DNA of 64,000 nt from Deltaproteobacteria bacterium (lineage in GTDB: Bacteria > Desulfobacterota > Binatia > Bin18). Under the pieces are notes generated by a model. The model made no database searches and was not told the DNA's origin. It was given only the letters and a program-made list of their open reading frames with translations. Location: contig VGTJ01000002.1 of NCBI GenBank assembly GCA_016874775.1, forward strand, positions 8,700 through 72,699. The letters are read 5' to 3'. Each line of letters opens with the position of its first letter. The stretch's first letter is position 1. Shown here one piece after another: positions 29,375-39,193 of this stretch. The position numbers and the translations under genes were made by a program.

Positions 29375-30271
29375 ATGCAATTAGGATTCATTGGCTTGGG
29401 ACGTATGGGTGGCAACATGGTTCGGCGTTTATTGCAAGGTGGGCATCAAATCATTGCCTACAATCGTAGCCCAGAACCAACTCGTGAAGTGGAAAAACTC
29501 GGGGCTACGGCTGCTTTCTCGATTGAAGAGCTAGTCAAAAAGCTTCCCGCCCCTCGGACCGTATGGGTCATGGTCCCGTCAGGAAAGGCGACGACTGACA
29601 ACATCAATACCTTGGCAGGCCTTCTCAGCGCTGGAGACACAGTCATTGAAGGTGGCAATTCTCATTACAAAGATGACGTAGCCAACGCAGCCATGCTGAA
29701 GCAAAAAGGTATTCATTATCTTGATGCCGGTACCAGCGGCGGTATTTGGGGACTCAAAATCGGTTACTGCATGATGGTTGGCGGTGACCGCGAAGTGTTC
29801 AACAAACATGAGCCCATTTTCAAAACGCTTGCACCGGAGAACGGCTACGGCTACATGGGCGGACACGGCTCTGGCCACTACGTCAAGATGATTCACAACG
29901 GCATCGAGTATGGCATGATGCAAGCGTACGCCGAAGGGTTCGAGCTGATGCAAAAAAGCGATTTTAAACTCGACCTCCCCTTCATCGCCAATATGTGGAT
30001 GCAGGGCAGCGTTGTTCGTTCGTGGCTCTTGGACCTCGCCGCCAGTGCCTTGAGTAAAGATCCACAACTGGCAAAGATTCAAGGCTACGTCGAGGATTCA
30101 GGCGAAGGTCGATGGACAATTCTTGACGCGATCGAGAAAGATGTTCCGGCCCCTGTGATTACCCAATCCTTGTACACCCGTTTTCGTTCGCGACAGGCGG
30201 AGTCGTTTGGCGAGAAGGTACTCGCGGCGTTACGTAATGAGTTTGGTGGGCATGCGGTGAAGGCGAAGTAA
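29375..30271 (+). CDS. gnd: 6-phosphogluconate dehydrogenase (decarboxylating), short-form Gnd
   Basis: MQLGFIGLGRMGGNMVRRLL is the NAD(P)-binding Rossmann N-terminus. The 6PGD C-terminal domain follows. GAGGAGG RBS sits 6-7 nt upstream of this ATG. Confidence 0.85.
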   Translation: MQLGFIGLGRMGGNMVRRLLQGGHQIIAYNRSPEPTREVEKLGATAAFSIEELVKKLPAPRTVWVMVPSGKATTDNINTLAGLLSAGDTVIEGGNSHYKDDVANAAMLKQKGIHYLDAGTSGGIWGLKIGYCMMVGGDREVFNKHEPIFKTLAPENGYGYMGGHGSGHYVKMIHNGIEYGMMQAYAEGFELMQKSDFKLDLPFIANMWMQGSVVRSWLLDLAASALSKDPQLAKIQGYVEDSGEGRWTILDAIEKDVPAPVITQSLYTRFRSRQAESFGEKVLAALRNEFGGHAVKAK

Positions 30272-30304
30272 ACACGTCCGTCTTCGCTCTGGCAATAGCA
30301 GAGA

Positions 30305-30412
30305 ACTGGCACCCCAGAATTGTCCCCCTGAACGAGGTGAAGGGTCTCTCCTAGAGAATTCTTCACTCCGCTCAGAATGACAATGGCGAATAGGTACCGC
30401 GGAAGGTGTACG
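30305..30412 (+). repeat. copy A of a ~110-bp conserved intergenic element with an internal hairpin, upstream of zwf; copy B is at 53806-53914
   Basis: ACTGGCACcccaGAATTgtcCCCCTGAACgAgGTGAAGGGTCTCTCctAGAGAaTTCTTCaCtcCGCTCAGAATGACA...AAGGTGTACG aligns at about 80% identity with 53806-53914. The GAAGGGTCTCTC...GAGA(A)TTCTTC hairpin is conserved in both copies. It uses G-U wobble pairs that only work as plus-strand RNA. Confidence 0.5.
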
Positions 30413-30428
30413 AATTTTGTGACGTCTG

Positions 30429-30460
30429 GTATTGGGAGGTGCCGAGGCACCTCCCAATAC
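30429..30460. promoter_or_regulatory. perfect 14-bp inverted repeat (hairpin or operator-like palindrome) in the zwf 5' region
   Basis: GTATTGGGAGGTGC-cgag-GCACCTCCCAATAC has a 14-bp perfect stem and a 4-nt loop, with no U-tract after it. It lies 52 nt upstream of the zwf start. Confidence 0.4.
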
Positions 30461-30511
30461 GCGGCGCCCGGGATACCGTGCTCCGACATGTAAATCATAA
30501 GAGGACATACT

Positions 30512-32113
30512 ATGGACAGCGCAGGCGAAGTCAAAACATCGGTCACAGGAAACCGCGACACAGGAGTTGAGGTAGGAGACGAGGTCTTTCGCGCCAAAGA
30601 TCCTGTTACCATTGTCATCTTTGGTGCGTCTGGCGATCTCAGTAAGCGCAAGCTCATCCCTGCGCTCTATCAGTTGCAAAGGGCCGGGTACCTGCCAGAG
30701 CGATACGCCGTAGTCGGTTTCTCACGTACCTCGATGAGCGATGAAGCCTATCGCGAAAACATGCGTACTGCGTTGCAAGAACAACTGGCAAGTGAAGGGC
30801 ATACTGTCACTGCCGACAACCAACTCGTGCAAGCGTTGCACTATCACCCAGGTAGTAACGATGATCTGGCTTCGTTCAAAGCGTTGAAAGAAAAACTCGA
30901 ACAGCTCGATCGGGAGCGGAATCTGCCTGGAAACAGGCTGTTTTATCTCTCGGTTTCACCAGAGTTTTTTACCGTCATTATTCAGAACCTGTGCGCTGCA
31001 GGCTTGATTTGTGGACGCCAAGATAAGACGTGGTCGCGCGTGATTATCGAAAAGCCGTTCGGTAGAGACCTCACCAGTGCCCGGCAATTGAATACGGATG
31101 TCACCGCACTCCTCGACGAGAGTCAAATTTACCGTATCGACCATTACCTCGGCAAAGAGACGGTACAGAATATTTTGAGCTTCCGTTTTGGCAACTCGAT
31201 TTTCGAGCCGCTGTTCAACCAAAAATATGTCGACAACGTGCAGATCACTGTCGCCGAAACCCTCGGCATGGAAGGCCGACGTGGTGCGTACTATGACACC
31301 TCTGGAGCGATGCGTGACCTGGTGCAGAACCACATGCTGCAATTACTGTGTCTCCTCGCCATGGAGCCACCAGCCGCACTCGAAGCACGTGCCATTCGTG
31401 ATGAGAAAGTAAAAGTGCTGCGTGCCATACTCCCACTCTCGCGCAAAGAGGTCGCGGCCAATACAGTGCGTGGTCAGTACGGTGTCGGAGAAAACAACGG
31501 CACGATTGTCAAAGGGTATCGACAAGAAGAAGGCGTGAATCCGAAGTCCATCACCGAAACCTATGTTGCTATGCGTCTGAAGATCGACAACTGGCGCTGG
31601 GCCGGTGTCCCGTTTTTGTTGCGCACGGGCAAACGCTTGCACAAGCGCGTGTCGGAAATCGCGGTAGAATTTAAACATCCCCCGCTCCATTTGTTTGGCC
31701 AACTCGAAAACAATGGCAACGAAGATGTCTCCCGGTCAAAATCGAATGTGCTGGTTCTGCGGATTCAGCCTGACGAAGGCATCAATCTCTCATTCGCCTG
31801 CAAACAGCCAGGAATGCGTATTCATCTTGAAGATGTCCACATGGATTTCTTCTATAACAAAGTATTCCAGCAACGCTCACCCGAAGCCTACGAACGGCTC
31901 TTACTCGATGCGTTGCGTGGTGACGCCTCGTTGTTCACGCGTTCGGATGAAGTCGAGTATGCCTGGCGCGTTATCTCATCAATTCATGATGGCTGGGCAA
32001 ATCTTCCTTCCCCGACTTTTCCCAACTATTACCCATTTACCGATGGGCCGGATGAAGCGCAGAAGTTATTCGACGGGACACAAGCACAGTGGCGATCGAT
32101 TCGTGACATGTAG
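30512..32113 (+). CDS. zwf: glucose-6-phosphate 1-dehydrogenase
   Basis: VIFGASGDLSKRKLIPALYQL..., RIDHYLGKE and the EKPFG motif are all present. The length is 533 aa. Confidence 0.9.
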   Translation: MDSAGEVKTSVTGNRDTGVEVGDEVFRAKDPVTIVIFGASGDLSKRKLIPALYQLQRAGYLPERYAVVGFSRTSMSDEAYRENMRTALQEQLASEGHTVTADNQLVQALHYHPGSNDDLASFKALKEKLEQLDRERNLPGNRLFYLSVSPEFFTVIIQNLCAAGLICGRQDKTWSRVIIEKPFGRDLTSARQLNTDVTALLDESQIYRIDHYLGKETVQNILSFRFGNSIFEPLFNQKYVDNVQITVAETLGMEGRRGAYYDTSGAMRDLVQNHMLQLLCLLAMEPPAALEARAIRDEKVKVLRAILPLSRKEVAANTVRGQYGVGENNGTIVKGYRQEEGVNPKSITETYVAMRLKIDNWRWAGVPFLLRTGKRLHKRVSEIAVEFKHPPLHLFGQLENNGNEDVSRSKSNVLVLRIQPDEGINLSFACKQPGMRIHLEDVHMDFFYNKVFQQRSPEAYERLLLDALRGDASLFTRSDEVEYAWRVISSIHDGWANLPSPTFPNYYPFTDGPDEAQKLFDGTQAQWRSIRDM

Positions 32114-32145
32114 ATCATGCACAGGGAGAGAGCAACGAGGCACGC

Positions 32146-33144
32146 ATGGCACAGTATATATTGGCTGGTGATATTGGTGGTACCAAGACGAACCTGGCGA
32201 TCTACGCAGTCGAGCGACCTGCGCACGTTACCCTTGTCCGCGAGTCCTCCTTTTCCAGTCGACAACACGATGGATTGGAATCAGTGCTGGGTGAGTTCCT
32301 CAAGGAAGGCCGAGAACACGTCTCCGCCGCTGCCTTTGGTATAGCCGGGCCGGTGCTCGATGGCGTCGTGTTGGCCACGAACCTGCCGTGGAAGGTAGAA
32401 ACTGACCGCATTGCCAAAGCACTCGATTGTTCGCGCATTCAGCTGATGAATGATCTGGAAACAACGGCCTATGGGTCGCTGTTCCTTCCACCCCAGGAAA
32501 TCCAGATTCTCCACGAAGGGAAAACACGCAACGGTCACCGCGTCGTCATAGCGGCCGGGACCGGTCTGGGGCAAGCGTTCTTGATGTGGGATGGTACCCG
32601 CTATCGGCCAATTGCCACCGAAGGAGGCCATGCCGATTTTGCTCCTCGGACAGAAAAAGAAGTCGAGTTACTCCATTTTCTCAGAAGGAGTTACCCGCAC
32701 GTATCGTACGAGCGTCTCCTGTCAGGCCCTGGGCTCGTCAATATCTTCAACTTTCTCGATCAGCATTTGCATCAGCCCGTCGCTCCTATCGTTCGCCAAC
32801 GTCTGGTCAACGAGGACCCAGCTGCAGTCATCGGCCAGGCAGGCGTCGAGGATCTCTGCTCGACGTGCGCCGAGGCAGTCGACATTTTTTTTGGCGTGTA
32901 TGGTGCCCAGGCTGGCAATCTCGCACTGACAATCATGGGGCTCGGCGGTGTGTACATAGGTGGTGGCATCATTGTAAAGCTGCTTGCGAAAGCTATCTCC
33001 GGCGCGTTTATGGATGCTTACCTGGCAAAGGGACGTTACGCCTCGTTCATGGCTGACATTCCCGTACGGATCATTCTTAATGCCAAGGCCTCACAGTTTG
33101 GTGCCGCCCATGCTGCTCGCGAATTATTAGCTGAGAACCACTAG
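32146..33144 (+). CDS. glk: glucokinase
   Basis: [20 protein letters not shown] is the ROK/glucokinase N-terminal ATP-binding motif. The 332-aa length and the location next to zwf support the call. Confidence 0.85.
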   Translation: MAQYILAGDIGGTKTNLAIYAVERPAHVTLVRESSFSSRQHDGLESVLGEFLKEGREHVSAAAFGIAGPVLDGVVLATNLPWKVETDRIAKALDCSRIQLMNDLETTAYGSLFLPPQEIQILHEGKTRNGHRVVIAAGTGLGQAFLMWDGTRYRPIATEGGHADFAPRTEKEVELLHFLRRSYPHVSYERLLSGPGLVNIFNFLDQHLHQPVAPIVRQRLVNEDPAAVIGQAGVEDLCSTCAEAVDIFFGVYGAQAGNLALTIMGLGGVYIGGGIIVKLLAKAISGAFMDAYLAKGRYASFMADIPVRIILNAKASQFGAAHAARELLAENH

Positions 33145-33160
33145 AACGGAACCGCTACAC

Positions 33161-35872
33161 ATGGCCAAACGAGCGAAGGCTCCACGAAAAACAGTCACTG
33201 TAGAAGCCAAACGGCTTGCCGAAGACGCCCGAGGCAAAGCGTCCTGGAAACGTTGGGGACCGTATGTCAGCGAACGGGCCTGGGGCACGGTTCGTGAAGA
33301 CTACAGCCCCTACGGTACAGCCTGGGATTACTTTCCTCATGATCATGCGCGATCTCGCGCGTACCGCTGGGGGGAAGATGGCCTCGCCGGAATTTGCGAT
33401 CGGTACCAACTGTTAGTGTTTGCGCTCGCACTGTGGAATAGGAAAGATCCTATTCTCAAAGAGCGGGCGTTTGGCCTGGTCCCGACTGAAGGAAATCATG
33501 GCGAGGACGTGAAAGAGTACTTCTTCTATCTCGACTCTACCCCTACGCACTCGTACATGAAGTACCTCTACAAGTATCCGCACGCGACGTATCCCTACGT
33601 GCAACTGATAGAGGAAAATCAGCGACGACAAGGAACTGGGGAGACTGAATACGAACTCCTCGATACCGGCATCTTCGACGAGAACCGTTACTTCGATGTC
33701 TTTGTTGAATATGCCAAAGCTGGACCAGACGACCTGTGCATTCGCATTGAGGTGTGCAACCGCGGCCCAGAAGCAGCACCGGTTCATATTATCCCACAAC
33801 TCTGGTTCCGTAATCGCTGGGCCTGGGACCCCACGGCAAAGCCCGAACCTGTGATTGAGGTCGGCCCGCGTGGGAAAAACTTCCTGAGCCTTCGCGCCAA
33901 TGACTCTGCTGCTGAACCACTCACCAACTTGTTGACGTCCTATCAGCTCGGGCCACGGTATTTGTATGGCGAAGCTGGGGCCCAACTGCTGTTCACCAAC
34001 AATGAGACCAATGCAGAACGGGTGTGGGGTCCACAGGTGCAATCCCGTAGCCCGTATGTCAAAGATGCCTTTCATCGCCATATCATCAACGGTGAAGATT
34101 GTCTCAACCCTAAGCAAATTGGTACCAAAGCCGGGTTCCACTATGCAAACCTCACTGTTCCTGCTCATGGGTCAGTGGTGGTCCGCCTCCGTTTAACGGA
34201 TACGAAACTTGCGAGTCCGCTTGCTGAAGTGGACACCATTGTCAAAGAGCGGAAAAAAGAAGCTGATGCCTTTTACCGCTCGATTCATCCTGAGAACGCC
34301 ACTGAAGATGAATGTCTGATTCAACGCCAGGCCCTCGCCGGCATGCTGTGGAACAAGCAGAGTTATTTATATGATGTGAACGTGTGGCTGCACGGTGACA
34401 ACCCGCAATGGCCACCCCCAGAATCACGCCACCACATTCGGAACGTCCACTGGCGACATTTGAATTCACAGCGCATCTTGTCCGTGCCAGACAAATGGGA
34501 ATTTCCTTGGTTCGCCGCCTGGGATCTCGCGTTTCATTGCCTCCCGCTGGCCCTCGTTGATCCTGCATTTGCCAAGGAACAACTCTGGTTGTTACTCTTC
34601 GAGCAGTTTCAACACCCGAACGGGCAGATCCCTGCGTACGAATGGGAATTCTCTGACTTAAACCCTCCAGTCCAAGCATGGGCAGTGTGGCGGGTGTACA
34701 ACATGGACCGTGTCCGCTCCGGCAGTGCCGACCGCCAGTTTTTAGAGCAGTGTTGTCACAAATTGTTGTTGAACTTCACCTGGTGGGTCAATAAAGTCGA
34801 TAGTGAAGGGAATAACGTATTCGAGGGTGGCTTTCTCGGCTTGGACAACATCACCGTGATCGACCGCAGCCATGAGAAACCCCACGGCGCCAAGCTCGAA
34901 CAATCTGACGCAACCGGCTGGATGGGCATGTTCTGTCTCAATATGATGCGTATTGCCTTGGAATTGGCCAAAGAGAACAAAACCTACGAGGCCTTAGCCA
35001 CGAAATTCTTCGAGCACTACGTCTATATCGGCGCGGCGATGAAGAACATGGGGAGCCGCGACTACCAGCTCTGGGATGAAAAAGACGGATTCTTTTACGA
35101 CGTCTTACGTTACCCGAACGGTGAGTTTCACAAATTCCGCGTGCGTTCCCTGGTGGGGTTGATTCCTTTATATGCGATTGAACGCCTCGAAGAAGAGTGG
35201 ATTGTGCCCTTCGCAGATTTCCGTGCCAACCTGCACTGGTTTTTACGCAATCGCCAAGATTTAGTGCAACAGTGTGTCACGACCGTACAACAGGACGGGC
35301 AACAGGTTCATGTTCTCGCCATCATGAATCCTGAGCAGATCCGCCAGCTCCTGCAGCGAGTATGGGATCCACAGGAGTTTCGCTCGCCGTTTGGGGTTCG
35401 TAGCCTTTCCAGGTATCACGAGCAGCATCCGTTTACCTTCGGCAACGACGGAGTGGAGTATGAGCCCGGCGAATCCCGAGCCATGCATAAAGGCGGGAAC
35501 TCGAATTGGCGCGGACCGGTCTGGTTGCCAACGACGTTTCTCCTGATCGAATCCTTGCGCAAACTTCGGAAAGCCTACGGGGCTGCATTGACGATTGCTG
35601 ACCCTACAAATCCTGCCAAGCAAGTCACTCTCGATGAGTTAGCACGTGGGCTTGCCAATGGTCAGATCAATTTGTTTACTCGCAATGAACGCGGGGAACG
35701 TCCAGTCCACGGGGCAGCTCAGAAGTTTCGTGATGACCTCTACTGGCGTGATTGTCTGCTCTTTTACGAACATTTCCATGCTGATACCGGGCGGGGCCTC
35801 GGCGCCTCTCATCAAACCGGCTGGACCGGTCTGGTAGCTTCATTGATTGATGAATGGAGACGAGACGAATAA
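33161..35872 (+). CDS. GH63-like (alpha/alpha)6-barrel glycoside hydrolase, MGH/YgjK-like glucosidase family
   Basis: The protein is 903 aa. The N-terminal [21 protein letters not shown] motif and the large acidic catalytic-barrel C-terminal half resemble bacterial GH63 and mannosylglycerate-hydrolase-like enzymes. The assignment is from memory of the family and not from a database hit. Confidence 0.55.
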   Translation: MAKRAKAPRKTVTVEAKRLAEDARGKASWKRWGPYVSERAWGTVREDYSPYGTAWDYFPHDHARSRAYRWGEDGLAGICDRYQLLVFALALWNRKDPILKERAFGLVPTEGNHGEDVKEYFFYLDSTPTHSYMKYLYKYPHATYPYVQLIEENQRRQGTGETEYELLDTGIFDENRYFDVFVEYAKAGPDDLCIRIEVCNRGPEAAPVHIIPQLWFRNRWAWDPTAKPEPVIEVGPRGKNFLSLRANDSAAEPLTNLLTSYQLGPRYLYGEAGAQLLFTNNETNAERVWGPQVQSRSPYVKDAFHRHIINGEDCLNPKQIGTKAGFHYANLTVPAHGSVVVRLRLTDTKLASPLAEVDTIVKERKKEADAFYRSIHPENATEDECLIQRQALAGMLWNKQSYLYDVNVWLHGDNPQWPPPESRHHIRNVHWRHLNSQRILSVPDKWEFPWFAAWDLAFHCLPLALVDPAFAKEQLWLLLFEQFQHPNGQIPAYEWEFSDLNPPVQAWAVWRVYNMDRVRSGSADRQFLEQCCHKLLLNFTWWVNKVDSEGNNVFEGGFLGLDNITVIDRSHEKPHGAKLEQSDATGWMGMFCLNMMRIALELAKENKTYEALATKFFEHYVYIGAAMKNMGSRDYQLWDEKDGFFYDVLRYPNGEFHKFRVRSLVGLIPLYAIERLEEEWIVPFADFRANLHWFLRNRQDLVQQCVTTVQQDGQQVHVLAIMNPEQIRQLLQRVWDPQEFRSPFGVRSLSRYHEQHPFTFGNDGVEYEPGESRAMHKGGNSNWRGPVWLPTTFLLIESLRKLRKAYGAALTIADPTNPAKQVTLDELARGLANGQINLFTRNERGERPVHGAAQKFRDDLYWRDCLLFYEHFHADTGRGLGASHQTGWTGLVASLIDEWRRDE

Positions 35873-35917
35873 ACGCGGCTGTGAAGTCTACAGCCTATGG
35901 CTTACTTTTTATAACCT

Positions 35918-36673
35918 ATGACAAACCTTCACATATACCAGGATACCCAAGAGTTATATTCCGAAGCCGCGGCCCTGTTCACACGCTTGGCGAACGAGGC
36001 CATTGCCAGCCAAGGACGCTTTACGGTCGCCTTCTCTGGAGGATCCACTCCCAAAAGCGTCTACACTTTGCTTGCTCACGGTAATCCTCGCATGCAACCG
36101 ATCGCCTGGCCCTACGTGCATGTGTTCTGGGGTGACGAACGTTGTGTGCCACCAACGCATCAAGATAGCAACTATCACATGGCAAACGAGGCGTTACTCG
36201 CGCACGTTCCTATTCCCCCGGAGAATATCCATCGCATTCAGGCAGAACTGGAGCCGCTTGAGGCAGCCTATAACTACGAGCGAAAACTCCGAGAGGTATT
36301 TTCACTGCCATCCGACGGCACCCCGTGCTTTGACCTCGCACTCCTCGGGATGGGGCCTGACGGCCACACCGCGTCCCTCTTTCCTGGAACAAGTGGCTTA
36401 CAGGAAAAAACCCGCCTCGCCGTCGCCCATTACGTCGAAAAACTCTCAAGCTGGCGTGTCACACTCACGGCAAAAGTCTTCAATGCTGCTGCGCACGTCG
36501 CTTTTCTCGTTGCCGGAGCAGATAAAGCACTGACGTTAAAAGAAGTGCTCGAAGGTCCGTTTCAACCCGACCGCCTTCCTTCACAACTGATTCAACCCGC
36601 ACCGGAAAGCCTCCAGTGGTTGGTGGAGGCAACGGCAGCAAGCGGTCTCACACACCGCCCCAGCGACACGTGA
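35918..36673 (+). CDS. pgl: 6-phosphogluconolactonase
   Basis: FSGGSTPKSVYTLLA..., the ...ALLGMGPDGHTASLFPG motif and the ~250-aa length match NagB/Pgl-family lactonases. The gene sits within the zwf/gnd cluster. Confidence 0.8.
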   Translation: MTNLHIYQDTQELYSEAAALFTRLANEAIASQGRFTVAFSGGSTPKSVYTLLAHGNPRMQPIAWPYVHVFWGDERCVPPTHQDSNYHMANEALLAHVPIPPENIHRIQAELEPLEAAYNYERKLREVFSLPSDGTPCFDLALLGMGPDGHTASLFPGTSGLQEKTRLAVAHYVEKLSSWRVTLTAKVFNAAAHVAFLVAGADKALTLKEVLEGPFQPDRLPSQLIQPAPESLQWLVEATAASGLTHRPSDT

Positions 36674-36721
36674 CACGTACCATGCAGCACAACACACACA
36701 TCACAAGTAAGTGAGGAACCT

Positions 36722-37492
36722 ATGCCTAGTAATTATGTCATCGATATGGACGGGGTGATTTATCTTGGTAACGAACTCATTCCCGGCGCAAAGCACTTTA
36801 TTGACCGCCTCACGAAGGGAAACCATCGGTTTCTTTTTCTCACCAACAGTTCAAATCTGACGCCGCCGGACTTACAGCGCAAACTCAGCAAAATGGGAAT
36901 CGAGGTCAGCGAACATCATTTTTTCACCTCAGCCATGGCCACCGCTGATTTCCTCAACAACCAGTTGCCCAATGGCCGTGCGTTCATCATCGGCGGAGAA
37001 GGGCTACGCGAAGCGCTCCTCGCCGTAGGATACACAATTACCGAAGATCGCCCCGACTACGTCATCGTCGGCACCACCCGGACATATGACTATGACCGCA
37101 TGGAAAAAGCTGTAGCTCTCGTTCGTGGTGGAGCACGGCTTATCGGGACCAATCCCGATGTCACTGGCCCATCTGATCATGGAATTATTCCAGCGTGCGG
37201 CGCATTGGTTGCACCTATTCAGCTCGTGACCGGAGCCCATCCCTATTTTGTCGGTAAGCCAAATCCGTTGATGATGCGCACAGCCCTGCGTCGGTTACGT
37301 GCGCATTCAGGAGATACCTTTATGGTTGGGGATCGTATGGATACGGATGTCATCGCTGGCACTGAAGCGGGTATGCGTACGATTCTCGTGTTATCCGGCG
37401 TCACCAGACGTGAAGACATCTCCACGTATGCCTTCCGTCCGCATTATGTGTTCGATACAGCTGGTGATATTCCAGTTGATGAGCTAAATTAA
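36722..37492 (+). CDS. HAD-IIA family sugar-phosphate phosphatase (NagD-like)
   Basis: VIDMDGVIY is the DxDG motif I. FLTNSS (motif II) and the C-terminal GDRMDTDVIAG (motif IV) are present. Confidence 0.8.
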   Translation: MPSNYVIDMDGVIYLGNELIPGAKHFIDRLTKGNHRFLFLTNSSNLTPPDLQRKLSKMGIEVSEHHFFTSAMATADFLNNQLPNGRAFIIGGEGLREALLAVGYTITEDRPDYVIVGTTRTYDYDRMEKAVALVRGGARLIGTNPDVTGPSDHGIIPACGALVAPIQLVTGAHPYFVGKPNPLMMRTALRRLRAHSGDTFMVGDRMDTDVIAGTEAGMRTILVLSGVTRREDISTYAFRPHYVFDTAGDIPVDELN

Positions 37493-37601
37493 CTTTAATC
37501 ACAACGACGAAAATGAAGACGTTCTCTTTTGCACACTTGAGATCGTAAATGTCTCTTGTTACGTTAGGGCGCTTCCTTCATTTTCCTCAACGGTAGAACA
37601 T

Positions 37602-39170
37602 ATGCCATTTACTGAATCTGCTGGGCAGCATCGCCCGATATTTTATCATCCCTCTGGTGACACCGCGCGCCAGATTACCCTGAACGCGCGGGAAAAACTG
37701 GATTATTTTACCCGCCTGCCAATCTTTGGCGATGTGCTTGATGAACTTTTTGAAAAGATGCGTCCTGTCCTCATGCCTGACGGTAGCAAACAGCGACGTG
37801 ACATTTACGTCCGGGACGCGCTGGTTGAGAATGCCGATTTCTACGAAGTGCCAGCAGGGACGGTCATCTTTCAGGAGGGAAGCTTCGGCGAGCATCTCTT
37901 CATCGTCCTCAAAGGAACGGTACGCACCAACACCAGCGTCTCGTTAGATAACGAACGTAAAGCAATGGTTCCGCTCGAAGACCTCAAAGACGGGCACTTC
38001 TTTGGTGAGATGTCTGCGCTCTCCATGAATTCCCATCTCATCACGGCTGAGGCGGTGACGCCGACACTGTTGCTCCTGGTGCCGCAGTTTATCGTTCAAG
38101 AACTCGCAAAAACTCAAGATGCGTTCCGTGGCCCGATCATGCAAGAGTATGTACGACGAGCAGTGCTCACCCTGCTTCGTCGTATTCCGATGCTGCGTTT
38201 CACCTCCGACAACGACATCACACGTCTCCTAGAGAAAGTGGAGTTGAAGACGTTTGAAGCTGGCGACATCATCTTTGAAGAAGACGATCCACCAGACGAC
38301 TTGTATGTCATCCATCAAGGGTTCGTCAAAATCTCGAAGCGCGGCGAAGCCCGACAGCGCATTCTCAGCTATCTCAGTGAAGGCGATTGCTTCGGCGAAA
38401 TCGGCGTCCTGAACAATGCCCCACGCGCAGCAAGTGCGACAGCCATGAGCCGTACGGAGTTGCTGGTCGTGCCAGGTCCACAGTTCCAAATACTGGTCAA
38501 TGCCAACCCACAAGCGATCCAGGAAAGTCGCGGCGTTGCCAATCTACGTCGGTTAGATGCCGACATGGCACAAGACGTGACATTTATTGGTGCACGGTTG
38601 CAGTTCAAAGCCGAGGTGATGCCGAACCTGGATGTTCTCGCCATCGATGAAACCCTCTGCGTTCGTTGCGATAACTGCGTAAAGTCGTGTGCCGCCGCTC
38701 ACGATGATGGCATCTCTCGCCTTATTCGTAAGGGAACGATCTTTCAGGAGATGCTGTTACCCACAGCGTGTCGGTTCTGCCAGGATCCCGTGTGCCTCTT
38801 GTGCAAGTCAGGTGGTATCAAACGCGACAAAGACGGAGATATCTACTTCACCGATAGTTGTATTGGTTGCAGCGGGTGTGCGCAACGCTGCCCGTACGGC
38901 AACATTATTATGGTCGACATCGAAGAGTTGGAGCATTTGACACCACCGACCTTAGCGGATCAGCTTTTTCATATCGCTGCCCACAAACGCGGCGAAACCG
39001 TTGGGGCTGAGCAACGCCCACGGTTGAAAAAGGTGCCGGTCAAGTGTGACCTCGATAAGGGCCACCTCTTTCCCGCGTGTGTGAACAACTGCCCAACCCA
39101 AGCCATTCGGCGCTACCGGGCCGATGAACTTGACGTCATCATCACTGGACAACGTAACAAGAAGTCTTAA
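37602..39170 (+). CDS. tandem cyclic-nucleotide-binding (CAP-effector) domains fused to a C-terminal multi-[4Fe-4S] ferredoxin-like domain
   Basis: The first cNMP domain is ...FGEHLFIVLKGTV...GHFFGEMSAL...ITAEAV. The second is DIIFEEDD...GDCFGEIGVLNNAPRAASATA, carrying the FGE...R(S/A)A phosphate-binding cassette. Four Cys clusters follow: CVRCDNCVKSC, CRFCQDPVCLLC, CIGCSGCAQRCP and C...CVNNCP. Confidence 0.75.
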   Translation: MPFTESAGQHRPIFYHPSGDTARQITLNAREKLDYFTRLPIFGDVLDELFEKMRPVLMPDGSKQRRDIYVRDALVENADFYEVPAGTVIFQEGSFGEHLFIVLKGTVRTNTSVSLDNERKAMVPLEDLKDGHFFGEMSALSMNSHLITAEAVTPTLLLLVPQFIVQELAKTQDAFRGPIMQEYVRRAVLTLLRRIPMLRFTSDNDITRLLEKVELKTFEAGDIIFEEDDPPDDLYVIHQGFVKISKRGEARQRILSYLSEGDCFGEIGVLNNAPRAASATAMSRTELLVVPGPQFQILVNANPQAIQESRGVANLRRLDADMAQDVTFIGARLQFKAEVMPNLDVLAIDETLCVRCDNCVKSCAAAHDDGISRLIRKGTIFQEMLLPTACRFCQDPVCLLCKSGGIKRDKDGDIYFTDSCIGCSGCAQRCPYGNIIMVDIEELEHLTPPTLADQLFHIAAHKRGETVGAEQRPRLKKVPVKCDLDKGHLFPACVNNCPTQAIRRYRADELDVIITGQRNKKS

Positions 39171-39193
39171 CGCCAGCAGGAGACGAGAAGCGT

